Made by a program: the position numbers and the translations under genes
Assembly: GCA_963794065.1 (NCBI GenBank)
Contig: CAWCDA010000057.1
Coordinates: forward strand, 13,634-77,633
Reading direction: 5' to 3'
Origin: an uncultured Actinomycetes bacterium
GTDB taxonomy: Bacteria > Actinomycetota > UBA4738 > HRBIN12
Length of the DNA: 64,000 nt
Shown: one piece after another, positions 38,395 to 48,290 of the stretch
Layout: each line of letters starts with the position of its first letter
Position numbering within the stretch: the stretch's first letter is position 1
The notes under the pieces: generated by a model
What the model saw: only the letters and a program-made list of their open reading frames with translations
Told to the model about the DNA's origin: nothing
Databases searched by the model: none

Positions 38395-39146
38395 GCGGAC
38401 TCCGAGGGGGACGTGGACGGGGAGTTTGAGGTCGAGGGGGCTTCGCCGGGCTCCATCTCGCGGTTCAGGCTGAACGACTCGATCTTCCAGTCGTTGCCGT
38501 CCTGCACGAGGAACAGCGTGCCGGTCACCGTGATGTCGGTGAACGTGCCGTCATCGTTGGCGGCGATGGCGTGGAACCAGGGCTGGGCCATCGCACGGAT
38601 CACGCCGGCATTGGCGTCGGTGAGCGCGGTGACCTTCAGCTTGCTCTTGCTCGGCTGCACCGTCGAGAACACCGCGTCGGCGTCGGTGCCGAGCGTCAGC
38701 GTGTCGACGTTGGCCTCCAATTGGGACTGCGCGTCCTTCGTGAAGAGATCTTCGATCGCGCCGGTGTCGCCCCACCCGGACGGATCGATGTAGCCGTTCT
38801 GGAACAGCTGGGTCACCACGTCGCGGATGTGCGGTGTGACCTGCTTGGAGGCGGCCGATTGTTTCTTCTTGTCGACGTTGATCGCGGTGGCCTCGAACGC
38901 GGACGTGGTCGACGTGAACGCGAAGGTCGGCACGGGCGGATCGTTGTTGGGAAGGATGCCGCTGATCGGCGAGCCCTTGCCGCCGAGCAGGAAGACCAAT
39001 GCGACACCGAGAACGACCAGGATGCCGATGCCGACGATGACGCGGCGGCGAGCCACCGTCGAGCGATCCGCGCTCTTCTGGGCTCGCTGAGGCGTGGCCG
39101 GTGCGGTGTCCCGCAGGGGGGTTTTTTCGTTCGCCAAAGCGCCCAC
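38391..39146 (-). CDS. single-pass membrane protein, unknown function
   Basis: ORF 38391..39239, with the probable GVG start at GTG 39146 (uncertain). TM helix VIVGIGILVVLGVALVFLLG. ATGA overlap with the LCP gene. Confidence 0.5.
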   Translation of the reverse strand: MGALANEKTPLRDTAPATPQRAQKSADRSTVARRRVIVGIGILVVLGVALVFLLGGKGSPISGILPNNDPPVPTFAFTSTTSAFEATAINVDKKKQSAASKQVTPHIRDVVTQLFQNGYIDPSGWGDTGAIEDLFTKDAQSQLEANVDTLTLGTDADAVFSTVQPSKSKLKVTALTDANAGVIRAMAQPWFHAIAANDDGTFTDITVTGTLFLVQDGNDWKIESFSLNREMEPGEAPSTSNSPSTSPSESA

Positions 39147-39291
39147 GAGGTTAGCAGCGGTTCCCCGCCAAACTCGGTAGCGGTCGTGACGAACTCGTGA
39201 CGACCCGTTTCGACAACGCGCCGACGCCCCGGCTAGCATTCATCGCGCGACGAAGGCGTGCCGGGAAGACTGGTCGGCGGGAGGAGCAGAC

Positions 39292-40647
39292 GTGCCGTCC
39301 GTCCCATCCGAGGACCTCCGCCCGCCGTGGTCGCGCTCCGACCGGGCGGTGCCCCGCGTCATCGTCCGTCCGCTGCAGGAATTCCTGCGCTCCTCGACCG
39401 CGAGCGCCCTCCCCATGCTGGTGGCGGTCGTGGTCGCGCTCGTGTGGGTCAACTCGCCCTGGTGGCGGAGCTACGAACAGCTGTGGGTCACGCCGGTGGT
39501 GTTGCGTCTCGGGCGGTGGACGATCGCCGAGGACCTGCGGTTCTGGGTCGACGAGGGCCTGATGACGCTGTTCTTCCTGCTGGCGGGGCTCGAGATCAAG
39601 CGCGAACTGTCGACCGGCGATCTGCGGGACCGCCGGCTGTTGGTCGGTCCGGGCCTCGGCGCGATCGGGGGCATGCTCCTGCCCGCGCTCGTGTTCCTCG
39701 CGGTGACGCACGGGACGGCCGCGCGCGACGGCTGGGGGATGGCGATGCCGACCGACCTGGCGTTCGCGCTGGCGATCCTCGTCCTCGCGTCGCGGGCGTT
39801 GCCACCGGGCGTTCGCCCCTTCGTGCTGACGCTCGCGATCGTCGATGACCTGCTGACGGTGGCGGTGGTCGGACTCTTCTACGCCGGGGATCTGTCTGCG
39901 GGCTGGCTCTTGCTGGCCGTGGTGATCCTCGGCGTGATGGTCGCGCTCGAACGGGCGCACGTGCAGCACCTGCTGCCCTACGCGGCGCTCGGCGTGGCGA
40001 CGTGGTTCTGCGCCTACCAGGGCGGCGTGCACCCGGCGTTGGTCGGCGCGGTGGTCGGCCTGTTGGCGCCGGCCTACCCGTTCAACCGGCCGGCTTTGGT
40101 CAGTGACGCCGCGCGACGCATCGCCGATGCCACGCCCGATGAGCCCGCCTCGCCCGACGCCGATGCCGGCAGCTGGCTGGAGCTCGCCCGCCTGTCGAAC
40201 GAGGCCGTCTCGCCGTTGGCGCGCGCCGAGCACGCGTTGCTGCCGTGGGTGAACCTGTTCGCGCTGCCCTTGTTCGCCCTAGCGAACGCCGGCGTGCGCC
40301 TGTCGGGCGGCTGGTGGTCGGGGCGCACCGAGCAGCTGTTGATCGTCGGGCTGCTTGCCGCGCGCCTCTTCGGCAAGGCGCTCGGCATCGCGGGCGCCGG
40401 ACTGCTGGCCCGCCGATGGCGCCTCGCCCGACTCCCCGACGGCATGGGCTTGGGCATGCTCGTGGCCGTGGGCGTCGCCGCGGGCGCGCCGTTCACCGTG
40501 AGCCTGTTCGTCGCCGAGGGCGCGTATCCGCAGGGCTCGACGCTGCTCGCGGCAGCGCGGGTCGGTGTGCTGCTGTCCTTGGCCGTCTGCGGGCTGGTCG
40601 CCGCCGTGCTGTTCCGCGCTCACTCCTCGGACGAGGAGCCCCGATAG
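39292..40647 (+). CDS. nhaA: Na+/H+ antiporter NhaA
   Basis: ORF 39292..40647, GTG after GGGAGGAG. Motifs WVDEGLMTLFFLLAGLEIKRE, GWGMAMPTDLAFALAIL and LAIVDDL. Confidence 0.9.
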   Translation: MPSVPSEDLRPPWSRSDRAVPRVIVRPLQEFLRSSTASALPMLVAVVVALVWVNSPWWRSYEQLWVTPVVLRLGRWTIAEDLRFWVDEGLMTLFFLLAGLEIKRELSTGDLRDRRLLVGPGLGAIGGMLLPALVFLAVTHGTAARDGWGMAMPTDLAFALAILVLASRALPPGVRPFVLTLAIVDDLLTVAVVGLFYAGDLSAGWLLLAVVILGVMVALERAHVQHLLPYAALGVATWFCAYQGGVHPALVGAVVGLLAPAYPFNRPALVSDAARRIADATPDEPASPDADAGSWLELARLSNEAVSPLARAEHALLPWVNLFALPLFALANAGVRLSGGWWSGRTEQLLIVGLLAARLFGKALGIAGAGLLARRWRLARLPDGMGLGMLVAVGVAAGAPFTVSLFVAEGAYPQGSTLLAAARVGVLLSLAVCGLVAAVLFRAHSSDEEPR

Positions 40648-40964
40648 GTGAGGATGTGAACCGGCTCGGTCGTCACGAGGCCGTCGGTCACCATCTCCTC
40701 GAGGATCGGAAGGAACCGCGCGACGCGTTCATGCACGTCGACGAGCTCGATCACGACGGGAAGATCGCTCGACAGCTCGAGCAGCCGGGTGGTGTGCATC
40801 CTCGAGGAGGCGCCGTAGCCCTCGATCCCTCGCGTGACGGTGGCCCCGGCGAGGCCCTCGGTGCGCGCTCTCAGCACGATCGCCTCGAACAACGGCTTGC
40901 CGTGCCAGGTGTCGTTCTCGCCGATAAACACGCGGACGAGCAAACCCTCGCCTTCGATCTTCAT
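40620..40964 (-). CDS. DUF190 (PII-like) protein commonly paired with CrcB
   Basis: MKIEGEGLLVRVFIGENDTWHGKPLFEAIV starts at 40964, the C-terminal 114 aa of ORF 40620..41282. 4-nt overlap with crcB. Confidence 0.8.
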   Translation of the reverse strand: MKIEGEGLLVRVFIGENDTWHGKPLFEAIVLRARTEGLAGATVTRGIEGYGASSRMHTTRLLELSSDLPVVIELVDVHERVARFLPILEEMVTDGLVTTEPVHILTYRGSSSEE

Positions 40965-41335
40965 ACGACCGCCCGTCCGAGCGTGATCCCGAGCCAGACG
41001 GCGCCGAGCCCGAGCACGAGGCTGAGCCCGATGTTGGCGAAGGCGGAACCGGTCGCCCCCTCCTCGAACATCCGCATCGTTTCCAGCGAGAACGTGGAGA
41101 AGGTGGTGTAGGCCCCCATCAGCCCCGTCGTGAGCGCCAGACGCATCGTGGGCGAGCCGGCGGCACGCTCGATCAGCAGGGCGAACAGGAGCCCGAGCAC
41201 GAAGGAGCCGCTGACGTTCACGACGAGCGTGCCCCACGCGAACGAGGGGAACCGTTGGCCGAACCACGAGCCGACCCCCCATCGGGCGAGGGCGCCGATC
41301 GCGCCGGCGATCGCGATCGCGAGAGCGGTCCGCAT
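40961..41335 (-). CDS. crcB: fluoride ion channel CrcB/FluC
   Basis: ORF 40961..41335. Motifs GAIGALARW, GTLVVNVSGSF and GAYTTFSTFSLE. Confidence 0.9.
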   Translation of the reverse strand: MRTALAIAIAGAIGALARWGVGSWFGQRFPSFAWGTLVVNVSGSFVLGLLFALLIERAAGSPTMRLALTTGLMGAYTTFSTFSLETMRMFEEGATGSAFANIGLSLVLGLGAVWLGITLGRAVV

Positions 41336-41485
41336 CGAGGCATCGTACTGCCCACCGAACGCCCAGAGCGGGTGCCGCCCGGACCCTCTCGGCCCAGGTC
41401 AGGGCACCCGAGGTCCGGTATCCTTCACCGGTCCCCGAGCCGGGGACGTTCCCGTGCGTGCGACGTTTTCCACATAGGAGGTTCG

Positions 41486-43750
41486 ATGGTCGGCTGGCTT
41501 GCCCAGGAGGGGGGACCGATCCAGGCGGTCTTCGGTTCGTTCGAAGACACCGCGCTGTGGGTGATTTTCGGCATCTCCCTCGTCGCGCTGCTGTTCGCGT
41601 GGTACCTCGTGCGCGATGTCCTGCGCGCTCCCGAGGGCACCGACAAGATGAAGGAGATCGCCAAGGCGATCCAGGAGGGCGCGAGCGCCTACCTCTCTCG
41701 CCAGTTCCGCACGGTGGCCGTGTTCCTCATCGTGCTGGCCGTCGTCATCTTCTTCGTGCTGCCGGTCCCCGCGTTCGCCACTCACTCCGAGGCGTCGATC
41801 CGGTTCGGGCGCTCGATCGCCTTCATCCTGGGCGCCTTCTTCTCGGCGGCCACGGGGTATATCGGCATGTGGCTCGCAGTCCGGGCCAACGTCCGCACGG
41901 CCAACGCCGCGCGTGAGTCCGGCCTCAAGCAGGCGATGCGGATCGCGTTCCGCTCCGGCGGCGTGGCCGGCATGTTCACGGTCGGGCTCGGTCTGCTCGG
42001 CGCCGTGGCGATCCTGATCATCTACAAGGCCGACGCCGCCAGCGTGCTGGTTGGCTTCGGGTTCGGCGGCGCCCTGCTCGCGATGTTCATGCGGGTCGGC
42101 GGCGGCATCTTCACGAAGGCGGCCGACGTGGGCGCCGACCTCGTCGGCAAGGTGGAGCAGGGGATCCCCGAGGACGACCCGCGCAACGCCGCGACGATCG
42201 CCGACAACGTGGGCGACAACGTCGGGGACTGCGCCGGCATGGCGGCGGACCTGTTCGAGTCCTCCGAGGTGACGCTGATCGCGTCGCTGATCCTGGGCGC
42301 CGCCGCGTACGCGGGCTCGCCGCAGGGCGCGATCATCGGCGTCATGTTCCCGCTGTTCGTCCGGGCGATCGGCGTTGTGACCTCGATCATCGGGATCCTC
42401 GCCGTGACGCCGCGCTCGGAGAACGAGCACGGCATGAAGGCGATCAACCGCGGCTTCTTCGCCTCGGCGATCGTCTCCTCGATCGCGGTGCTGGTGCTGT
42501 CGGCGCAGTACATGGACAGCTACAAGCCGGCGATCGCCGTGATCATCGGTCTCGTGCTGGCCTCGGTGATCCAGGTGCTCACGCAGTACTTCACGGACAC
42601 GAAGTACCGCCCGGTGCAAGAGATCGCCGAGGCGACCGTCACCGGTCCGGCCACGACGATCCTGTCCGGCTTCTCGATCGGCCTCGAGTCGACCGTCTGG
42701 TCGGCCTTGATCGTGGGCGCCGCGATGATCAGCTCTTACTTCCTGGGCGGCAACGACCCGCGCCTGGCGCTGTACTTCATCTCGCTGACCGGCATGGGCA
42801 TGCTCACGACGGTCGGCGTGATCGTCTCGATGGACACCTTCGGCCCGATCTCGGACAACGCGCAGGGCATCGCGGAGATGTCGGGCGAGTTCGAGGGGCG
42901 GCCCGCGGAGATCCTGACCGGTCTCGACGCGATCGGGAACTCCACGAAGGCCATCACGAAGGGCATCGCGATCGCGACCGCCGTGATCGCCGCGACCTCG
43001 CTCTTCGGCTCCTTCGAGGAGGCGCTGCGAGCCGCCGGATTCGACTTCCAAGGCATCCGCGTCGACCGGCCGAACGTGCTCGTTGGCCTGCTGCTCGGCG
43101 GCTGCGTCGCGTTCCTGTTCAGCTCGCTGGCGATCCGCGCGGTCGGGCGCGCCGCCGCGCAGGTCGTGGTCGAGGTGCGCAAACAGTTCCGCGACCACCC
43201 GGGGATCATGGACTACACCGAGAAGCCCGACTACGGCGCCGTGGTCGACATCTGCACGAGGACCTCGTTGCGGGAGCTCACCACGCCGGGCCTGCTGGCG
43301 GTGCTCGCGCCGCTGATCGCCGCCTTCTTCTTGGAGGCCGAGGCGCTCGGGGCGTTCCTCGCGGGCGCGATCCTGACGGGCCAGTTGCTGGCGGTCATGC
43401 TGTCGAACTCCGGCGGCGCGTGGGACAACGCGAAGAAGTTCATCGAGGACGGGCACTTCGGCGGCAAGGGCTCCGAGAGCCACAAGGCCGCGGTGATCGG
43501 CGACACCGTCGGCGACCCGTTCAAGGACACGGCCGGCCCGGCGCTGAACCCGCTGATCAAGGTGATGAACCTGGTGGCGCTGCTGATCGCGCCGGTGGTC
43601 GTGGCGCACGCCGACGACATCGCGCTGCGCGCGGCGATCGTCGTGGTCGCGGCCGCGGTCCTGGGCGTGATGATCTGGGTGTCCAAGAACCGCACCTCGG
43701 GCCTCGAGGACGACTTCGCGGCCGCCAAGGCCGGCGCCACGGCTCCGTAG
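41486..43750 (+). CDS. hppA: membrane-bound H+-translocating pyrophosphatase, K+-independent type
   Basis: ATG at 41486 after AGGAGG, inside ORF 41255..43750. Motifs DNVGDNVGDCAGMAADLFES and GDTVGDPFKDT. GNSTKAITKG has Lys at the position that marks K+-independent enzymes. Confidence 0.95.
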   Translation: MVGWLAQEGGPIQAVFGSFEDTALWVIFGISLVALLFAWYLVRDVLRAPEGTDKMKEIAKAIQEGASAYLSRQFRTVAVFLIVLAVVIFFVLPVPAFATHSEASIRFGRSIAFILGAFFSAATGYIGMWLAVRANVRTANAARESGLKQAMRIAFRSGGVAGMFTVGLGLLGAVAILIIYKADAASVLVGFGFGGALLAMFMRVGGGIFTKAADVGADLVGKVEQGIPEDDPRNAATIADNVGDNVGDCAGMAADLFESSEVTLIASLILGAAAYAGSPQGAIIGVMFPLFVRAIGVVTSIIGILAVTPRSENEHGMKAINRGFFASAIVSSIAVLVLSAQYMDSYKPAIAVIIGLVLASVIQVLTQYFTDTKYRPVQEIAEATVTGPATTILSGFSIGLESTVWSALIVGAAMISSYFLGGNDPRLALYFISLTGMGMLTTVGVIVSMDTFGPISDNAQGIAEMSGEFEGRPAEILTGLDAIGNSTKAITKGIAIATAVIAATSLFGSFEEALRAAGFDFQGIRVDRPNVLVGLLLGGCVAFLFSSLAIRAVGRAAAQVVVEVRKQFRDHPGIMDYTEKPDYGAVVDICTRTSLRELTTPGLLAVLAPLIAAFFLEAEALGAFLAGAILTGQLLAVMLSNSGGAWDNAKKFIEDGHFGGKGSESHKAAVIGDTVGDPFKDTAGPALNPLIKVMNLVALLIAPVVVAHADDIALRAAIVVVAAAVLGVMIWVSKNRTSGLEDDFAAAKAGATAP

Positions 43751-43757
43751 CCTGCCG

Positions 43758-44117
43758 ATGGGCGCGCTTCGTCGCTGGCTCGTGCGATTGACCGAGACCG
43801 ACGAGACGCGGCTGGACGCCGAGATCCGCGAGTGGGCCGAGGCGATCCCCGGCACGGTGCGCATCGGCGTCGCCCCCCTGCGCGAGCGGGTGAAGATCGC
43901 CGGGGTGATCCGCCGAATGACCGTCTTCCCGATGGCGGACAACGAGTCGTTGGAGTCCGTCGTGTCCGACGGCACCGGTGAAGTCGTGGTCCGCTTCATG
44001 GGGCGCCGCGCGATCAGCGGGCTCACGCTGGGCTCCCGGGTCGTCGTCGAAGGCGTGCTGGGCGAGCACCACGGCCACGTCCAGATGATCAACCCCCGGC
44101 TCGAGCTGACCGCCTAG
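43758..44117 (+). CDS. OB-fold domain protein (actinobacterial Trk-neighbourhood family)
   Basis: ORF 43758..44117, starting 7 nt after hppA. Segments VKIAGVIRRMTV...GTGEVVVRF...VVVEGVL. Confidence 0.65.
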   Translation: MGALRRWLVRLTETDETRLDAEIREWAEAIPGTVRIGVAPLRERVKIAGVIRRMTVFPMADNESLESVVSDGTGEVVVRFMGRRAISGLTLGSRVVVEGVLGEHHGHVQMINPRLELTA

Positions 44118-44145
44118 ATCGGGCGCGTCGGCGTAGGCTCGGACC

Positions 44146-45333
44146 GTGGGAGCGAACGGTGCAGCAGCGCCGGAGCGGGGGGTCGAGTCGGTCGAGGCCC
44201 TGATCGGGCACGACGTCGTCACGGAACCGACGGCGCCGCCCGCGTGGACGCGGGCCGAGGCCACCGCCGCCAAGCGCGCGTCGCTGCGGGCCTACCTCGG
44301 GGCGGCGCCCGGCGTCGGCAAGACCTACGCGATGCTGTCCGAGGGCCGGCGTCGCGCCGATCGCGGGACGCGCGTCGTCGTCGGCTGCGTCGAGACGTAC
44401 GGCCGTCCGCGCACGGTCGACATGCTGCAGGGGCTCGAGCAGGTCCCGCCTCGCGCCGTGTCGTACCGGGACGTCGTGTTCGACGAGCTCGACGTGGACG
44501 CGGTCCGCGCCCGCGAGCCAGAGGTTGCACTGATCGACGAGCTCGCCCACACGAACGTGCCGGGAGCGGGGCGCGCCAAGCGATGGGAGGACGTGGTCGA
44601 TCTCCTCGCCGCTGGCATCGAGGTGATCACGACCGTCAACATCCAGCACCTGGCGAGCCTCAACGACGTGGTCGCGGATGTCACCGGCGTGCGACAGCGC
44701 GAGACGGTCCCCGATTGGATGATCGAGCTTGCAGATCAGATCGAGCTCGTCGACATGTCCCCGTACGCGCTGCGGCGCCGGATGCTGCACGGCAACGTCT
44801 ATCCCGACCCTGCGAAGGCTGAGATCGCCTTGCAGCGGTACTTCACCACCGACAACCTCACCGCCCTGCGCGAGTTGGCGCTTATGCGGGTCGCGAACCA
44901 GGTCGATGAGACCTTGCTCTCCCGCTGGGCAACGGGCCGCGCCCTCGAGACGCGGGAGCGCGTGCTGGTCTGTGTCTCGAACCGCGGCTTCGCGGACGAT
45001 CTCGTGCGGCGCGGCGCGCGGATCGCACAGCGCGCACGGGGGGATCTCCTGGTGGTGCACGTGCGCGAGCGCACGGACGCCGACACGTCGGCGTGGCTGC
45101 TCGAGCTGGCCCAGCTCGTCGCCGACGTCGGTGGCGAGTTCCATGTGATCGACGACGACGATGCGGTCAGCGGCGTCCTGCATTTCGCCTATGCGCAGTT
45201 CGTCACGCAGCTCGTGGTGGGGGAGTCGTTGCGGTCGCGCGTCCGGGAGCTGCTGCGCGGCTCGTTCGTGAACGAGTTGATCCGCACGGCCGAGGCGATC
45301 GACATCCACGTCATCGCGCGACGCGAGCGCTGA
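44146..45333 (+). CDS. kdpD: free-standing KdpD N-terminal sensor domain + Usp domain protein (no membrane or kinase part)
   Basis: ORF 44146..45333. Walker-A-like GAAPGVGKTYAML, then VVGCVETYGR, IDELAHTN, TTVNIQHLASLNDVV and LTALRELALMRVA follow the N-terminal 380 aa of E. coli KdpD closely. The protein ends after the Usp-like block. Confidence 0.85.
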   Translation: MGANGAAAPERGVESVEALIGHDVVTEPTAPPAWTRAEATAAKRASLRAYLGAAPGVGKTYAMLSEGRRRADRGTRVVVGCVETYGRPRTVDMLQGLEQVPPRAVSYRDVVFDELDVDAVRAREPEVALIDELAHTNVPGAGRAKRWEDVVDLLAAGIEVITTVNIQHLASLNDVVADVTGVRQRETVPDWMIELADQIELVDMSPYALRRRMLHGNVYPDPAKAEIALQRYFTTDNLTALRELALMRVANQVDETLLSRWATGRALETRERVLVCVSNRGFADDLVRRGARIAQRARGDLLVVHVRERTDADTSAWLLELAQLVADVGGEFHVIDDDDAVSGVLHFAYAQFVTQLVVGESLRSRVRELLRGSFVNELIRTAEAIDIHVIARRER

Positions 45334-45643
45334 TCCCGCGCGTTCGAAGCGATCGCTCGATCCGCCGGGCCTCCCGACGGCCGCACGCCAAGAGCACGCG
45401 GTCCCGCGCCGCCACGCTCTCGACGCCGTCGGCCGCCGTGCTCGCCAGGATCGCGTCGAAGACGATCGCACGCTCGCGCGCCAACGCGAGGGCTTCGTCG
45501 ACGACGAGCTGCTGGGTCTCGGTCAGCGGCCAGCCGAGCGCGATCACCACCAGGGCGATCGAGCCGTCCACGTCGTCGGGGAACAGCTGCGTCGGTTCCC
45601 GTACCGTTCGTCCGAGAACGAGCACCGTGCGTTGCAGTGCCAT
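45311..45643 (-). CDS. hypothetical 110-aa protein translationally coupled to kdpC
   Basis: ATG at 45643 lies 2 nt after the kdpC stop (TGACCATG). Third-position GC is high throughout. Sequence MALQRTVLVLGRTVREPTQLFPDDVDGSIALVVIALGW.... It appears in the track only as the tail of ORF 45311..46057. Confidence 0.55.
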   Translation of the reverse strand: MALQRTVLVLGRTVREPTQLFPDDVDGSIALVVIALGWPLTETQQLVVDEALALARERAIVFDAILASTAADGVESVAARDRVLLACGRREARRIERSLRTRGISARVAR

Positions 45644-45645
45644 GG

Positions 45646-46233
45646 TCACGTTCGTGGCGCCACCTCCTCCAACGCGACGTTCAGTTCGAGGACATTGACC
45701 CGTGGCTCGCCGAAGACACCGAGGGTCGGCTCCTGCGTGTGCTGGTCGATCAACGTCTCGACCTCCTCGATCGGGAGGCCCCGGTTCGCCGCGATCCGGG
45801 GCGCCTGGAACCGGGCGGCCTCCACCGAGATGTGCGGGTCGAGCCCGCTCGCCGAGGTGGTGAGGAGGTCGGCCGGGATCGTGGCGGCCGTGAGGTCGGG
45901 CACGTACGGCGATTCGAGGGCGACGATGGCCGCGGCGCGCTGCTCGATGTCGTCGGCGAGTTGCCTGGACCGCGGCCCCAGGTTCGACCCGCCGGAGGTG
46001 GACGCGTCGTCCTCGACGGCAGACGGCCGCCCGTAGAACCAGGACGGACCGTCCCACTGTTGGCCGATCAGCGAGCTGCCGACGGGCTGCCCGTCGACGT
46101 CGACGAGTGATCCGTCCGCTCGATCGGAGAACGCCGCCTGTGCGACGGCGGTCATCACCAGCGGGTATGCCAGGCCGGTCAGCGCGGCCAGCAGCAGGGT
46201 GGCGACGACGGCGCGAACGATCGTCCGGATCAC
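45646..46233 (-). CDS. kdpC: K+-transporting ATPase subunit C
   Basis: ORF 45646..46233. Motifs [24 protein letters not shown] and ASGLDPHIS. Confidence 0.9.
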   Translation of the reverse strand: MIRTIVRAVVATLLLAALTGLAYPLVMTAVAQAAFSDRADGSLVDVDGQPVGSSLIGQQWDGPSWFYGRPSAVEDDASTSGGSNLGPRSRQLADDIEQRAAAIVALESPYVPDLTAATIPADLLTTSASGLDPHISVEAARFQAPRIAANRGLPIEEVETLIDQHTQEPTLGVFGEPRVNVLELNVALEEVAPRT

Positions 46234-48290
46234 GGGAAGTGCACCGCCCCGAGGATCATGTCGATCAGCTTGATCCCGACGAAGGGCACGATGAGCCCGC
46301 CGAGACCGTAGATCAGCAGGTTGCGGCGCAACAGGCCCTCGGCGCCCAGCGGGCGATAGCGAACGCCCCGCAGCGCGAGCGGCACCAGCAGCACGATGAT
46401 CAACGCGTTGAAGATGACCGCCGAGAGGATCGCCGATTCCGGCGAGGTGAGGTGCATCACGTTGAGCTGATCCAGCGCGGGGTACGTCGCGACGAACATC
46501 GCCGGGATGATCGCGAAGTACTTCGCCACGTCGTTCGCGATCGAGAAGGTCGTGAGCGCGCCGCGGGTGATCAGGAGCTGCTTGCCGATCTCGACGATGT
46601 CCATCAGCTTGGTGGGGTTCGAGTCGAGGTCGACCATGTTGCCGGCCTCCTTCGCAGCGGTGGTGCCGGTGTTCATCGCAACCCCGACATCGGCCTGCGC
46701 CAACGCAGGAGCGTCGTTCGTGCCGTCGCCCGTCATCGCGACGAGCACCCCGCCCTCCTGCTCCTTCTTGATCAGCGCCATCTTCGTTTCCGGCGTCGCC
46801 TCCGCAAGGAAGTCGTCGACGCCGGACTCCTGGGCGATCGCGGCCGCGGTCAGCGGGTTGTCGCCGGTGATCATGATCGTGCGGATGCCCATCGTCCGCA
46901 GCTGCCCGAACCGCTCGGCAAGTCCGTCCTTGACGATGTCCTTGAGCTCGACGACCCCCATGGCCACGCGATCCCTGGCCACCGCCAGCGGCGTGCCGCC
47001 GGCTGTGGCGATCCGCTCCACCGCGTCGGACAACTCGGCGGGCAGCTCGGATCCGGACCAGGCGGCGACCGCATCCACGGCGCCCTTGCGGATCTCGACG
47101 CCCTCCAGATCGACGCCGCTCATCCTCGTCTGCGCGGTGAACGGCACGAAGCGCGCGTGCGTTTCCAACAACTCGTGTTCACGTAGGTTGAACCGCTCCT
47201 TCGCGAGCACGACGATCGAGCGCCCCTCCGGTGTTTCGTCGGCGAGCGATGCCATCTGCGCGACCTCGGCCAGCTCGCGCTCCTCGACGCCCGGAGCGGG
47301 GATGAACGCGACGGCGTGACGGTTGCCGAGCGTGATCGTGCCGGTCTTGTCGAGCAGCAGCGTGGAGACGTCGCCCGCGGCCTCGACGGCGCGCCCGCTC
47401 ATCGCCAACACGTTGCGCTGGACGAGCCGGTCCATCCCCGCGATCCCGATCGCCGACAGCAATCCGCCGATCGTGGTGGGGATCAAACAGACGAACAGCG
47501 CGATCAGCACCGCGTCGCTGACCCGGCCACCCGCGTAGATCGCGAACGGCTGCAGCGCCACCACCACGATCAAGAAGATGATCGTGAACTTCGTCAGCAG
47601 CAGCGACAGCGCGATCTCGTTCGGGGTCTTCTGGCGCTCGGCGCCCTCGACGAGGCGGATCATCCGATCGATGAAGCCCTCGCCCGGTTCGACGGCGATC
47701 CGGATCTTGACCCAATCCGACAGGACCTTCGTGCCCCCGGTCACGGCGGAGCGGTCGCCGCCAGATTCGCGGATCACCGGGGCCGACTCGCCGGTGATCG
47801 CCGACTCGTCCACCGATGCGATGCCCTCGACGACCTCCCCGTCACCGGGGATCAGCTCCCCGGCCGACACCATGACGACGTCATCGCGCCGGAGGTCCGA
47901 GGCGGAGACGAGCTCCTCACCGACGCCGTCGGTGAGCCGGCGCGCGACGAGGTCCGCCCGCGTCTTGCGCAACGACTCGGCCTGCGCCTTGCCTCGGCCC
48001 TCGGCCATCGCCTCGGCGAAGTTCGCGAACAGGACCGTGAACCACAGTCCGAGGGCGATCGCGGTGTCGAACGCGATCGGTCCTCCCTTCGTCGCGTCGA
48101 CGACCAGACGGATCGTGACGACGGCCGACACGACTTCCACGACGAAGATCACGGGGTTCCGGACGAGGGTGCGCGGGTCGAGCTTGCGAACGCTGTCCAC
48201 GATCGCGGTCTGCACGATCGCGTGGTCGAACAGCGGCCGGGCGCGAACGGTCGGTGTGCTCTCCACCTGCGGGGGCGCCGCGATCGCCAT
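46230..48290 (-). CDS. kdpB: K+-transporting P-type ATPase subunit B
   Basis: MAIAAPPQ starts at 48290 inside ORF 46230..49805. Motifs [20 protein letters not shown] and ITGDN. The start shares one nucleotide with the kdpA stop (TGATG). Confidence 0.95.
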   Translation of the reverse strand: MAIAAPPQVESTPTVRARPLFDHAIVQTAIVDSVRKLDPRTLVRNPVIFVVEVVSAVVTIRLVVDATKGGPIAFDTAIALGLWFTVLFANFAEAMAEGRGKAQAESLRKTRADLVARRLTDGVGEELVSASDLRRDDVVMVSAGELIPGDGEVVEGIASVDESAITGESAPVIRESGGDRSAVTGGTKVLSDWVKIRIAVEPGEGFIDRMIRLVEGAERQKTPNEIALSLLLTKFTIIFLIVVVALQPFAIYAGGRVSDAVLIALFVCLIPTTIGGLLSAIGIAGMDRLVQRNVLAMSGRAVEAAGDVSTLLLDKTGTITLGNRHAVAFIPAPGVEERELAEVAQMASLADETPEGRSIVVLAKERFNLREHELLETHARFVPFTAQTRMSGVDLEGVEIRKGAVDAVAAWSGSELPAELSDAVERIATAGGTPLAVARDRVAMGVVELKDIVKDGLAERFGQLRTMGIRTIMITGDNPLTAAAIAQESGVDDFLAEATPETKMALIKKEQEGGVLVAMTGDGTNDAPALAQADVGVAMNTGTTAAKEAGNMVDLDSNPTKLMDIVEIGKQLLITRGALTTFSIANDVAKYFAIIPAMFVATYPALDQLNVMHLTSPESAILSAVIFNALIIVLLVPLALRGVRYRPLGAEGLLRRNLLIYGLGGLIVPFVGIKLIDMILGAVHFP

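Noticed and set aside
41336-41485. Fluoride riboswitch upstream of crcB
   Set aside because: crcB-DUF190 operons often have one, so I looked on the reverse strand. Only a GAUGCCUC near the start codon resembles the 3' conserved segment. The 5' GGCGAUG...CGCC helix and the AAAC linker are not recognisable, and the spacing is wrong. cmsearch with the Rfam crcB model would settle it.
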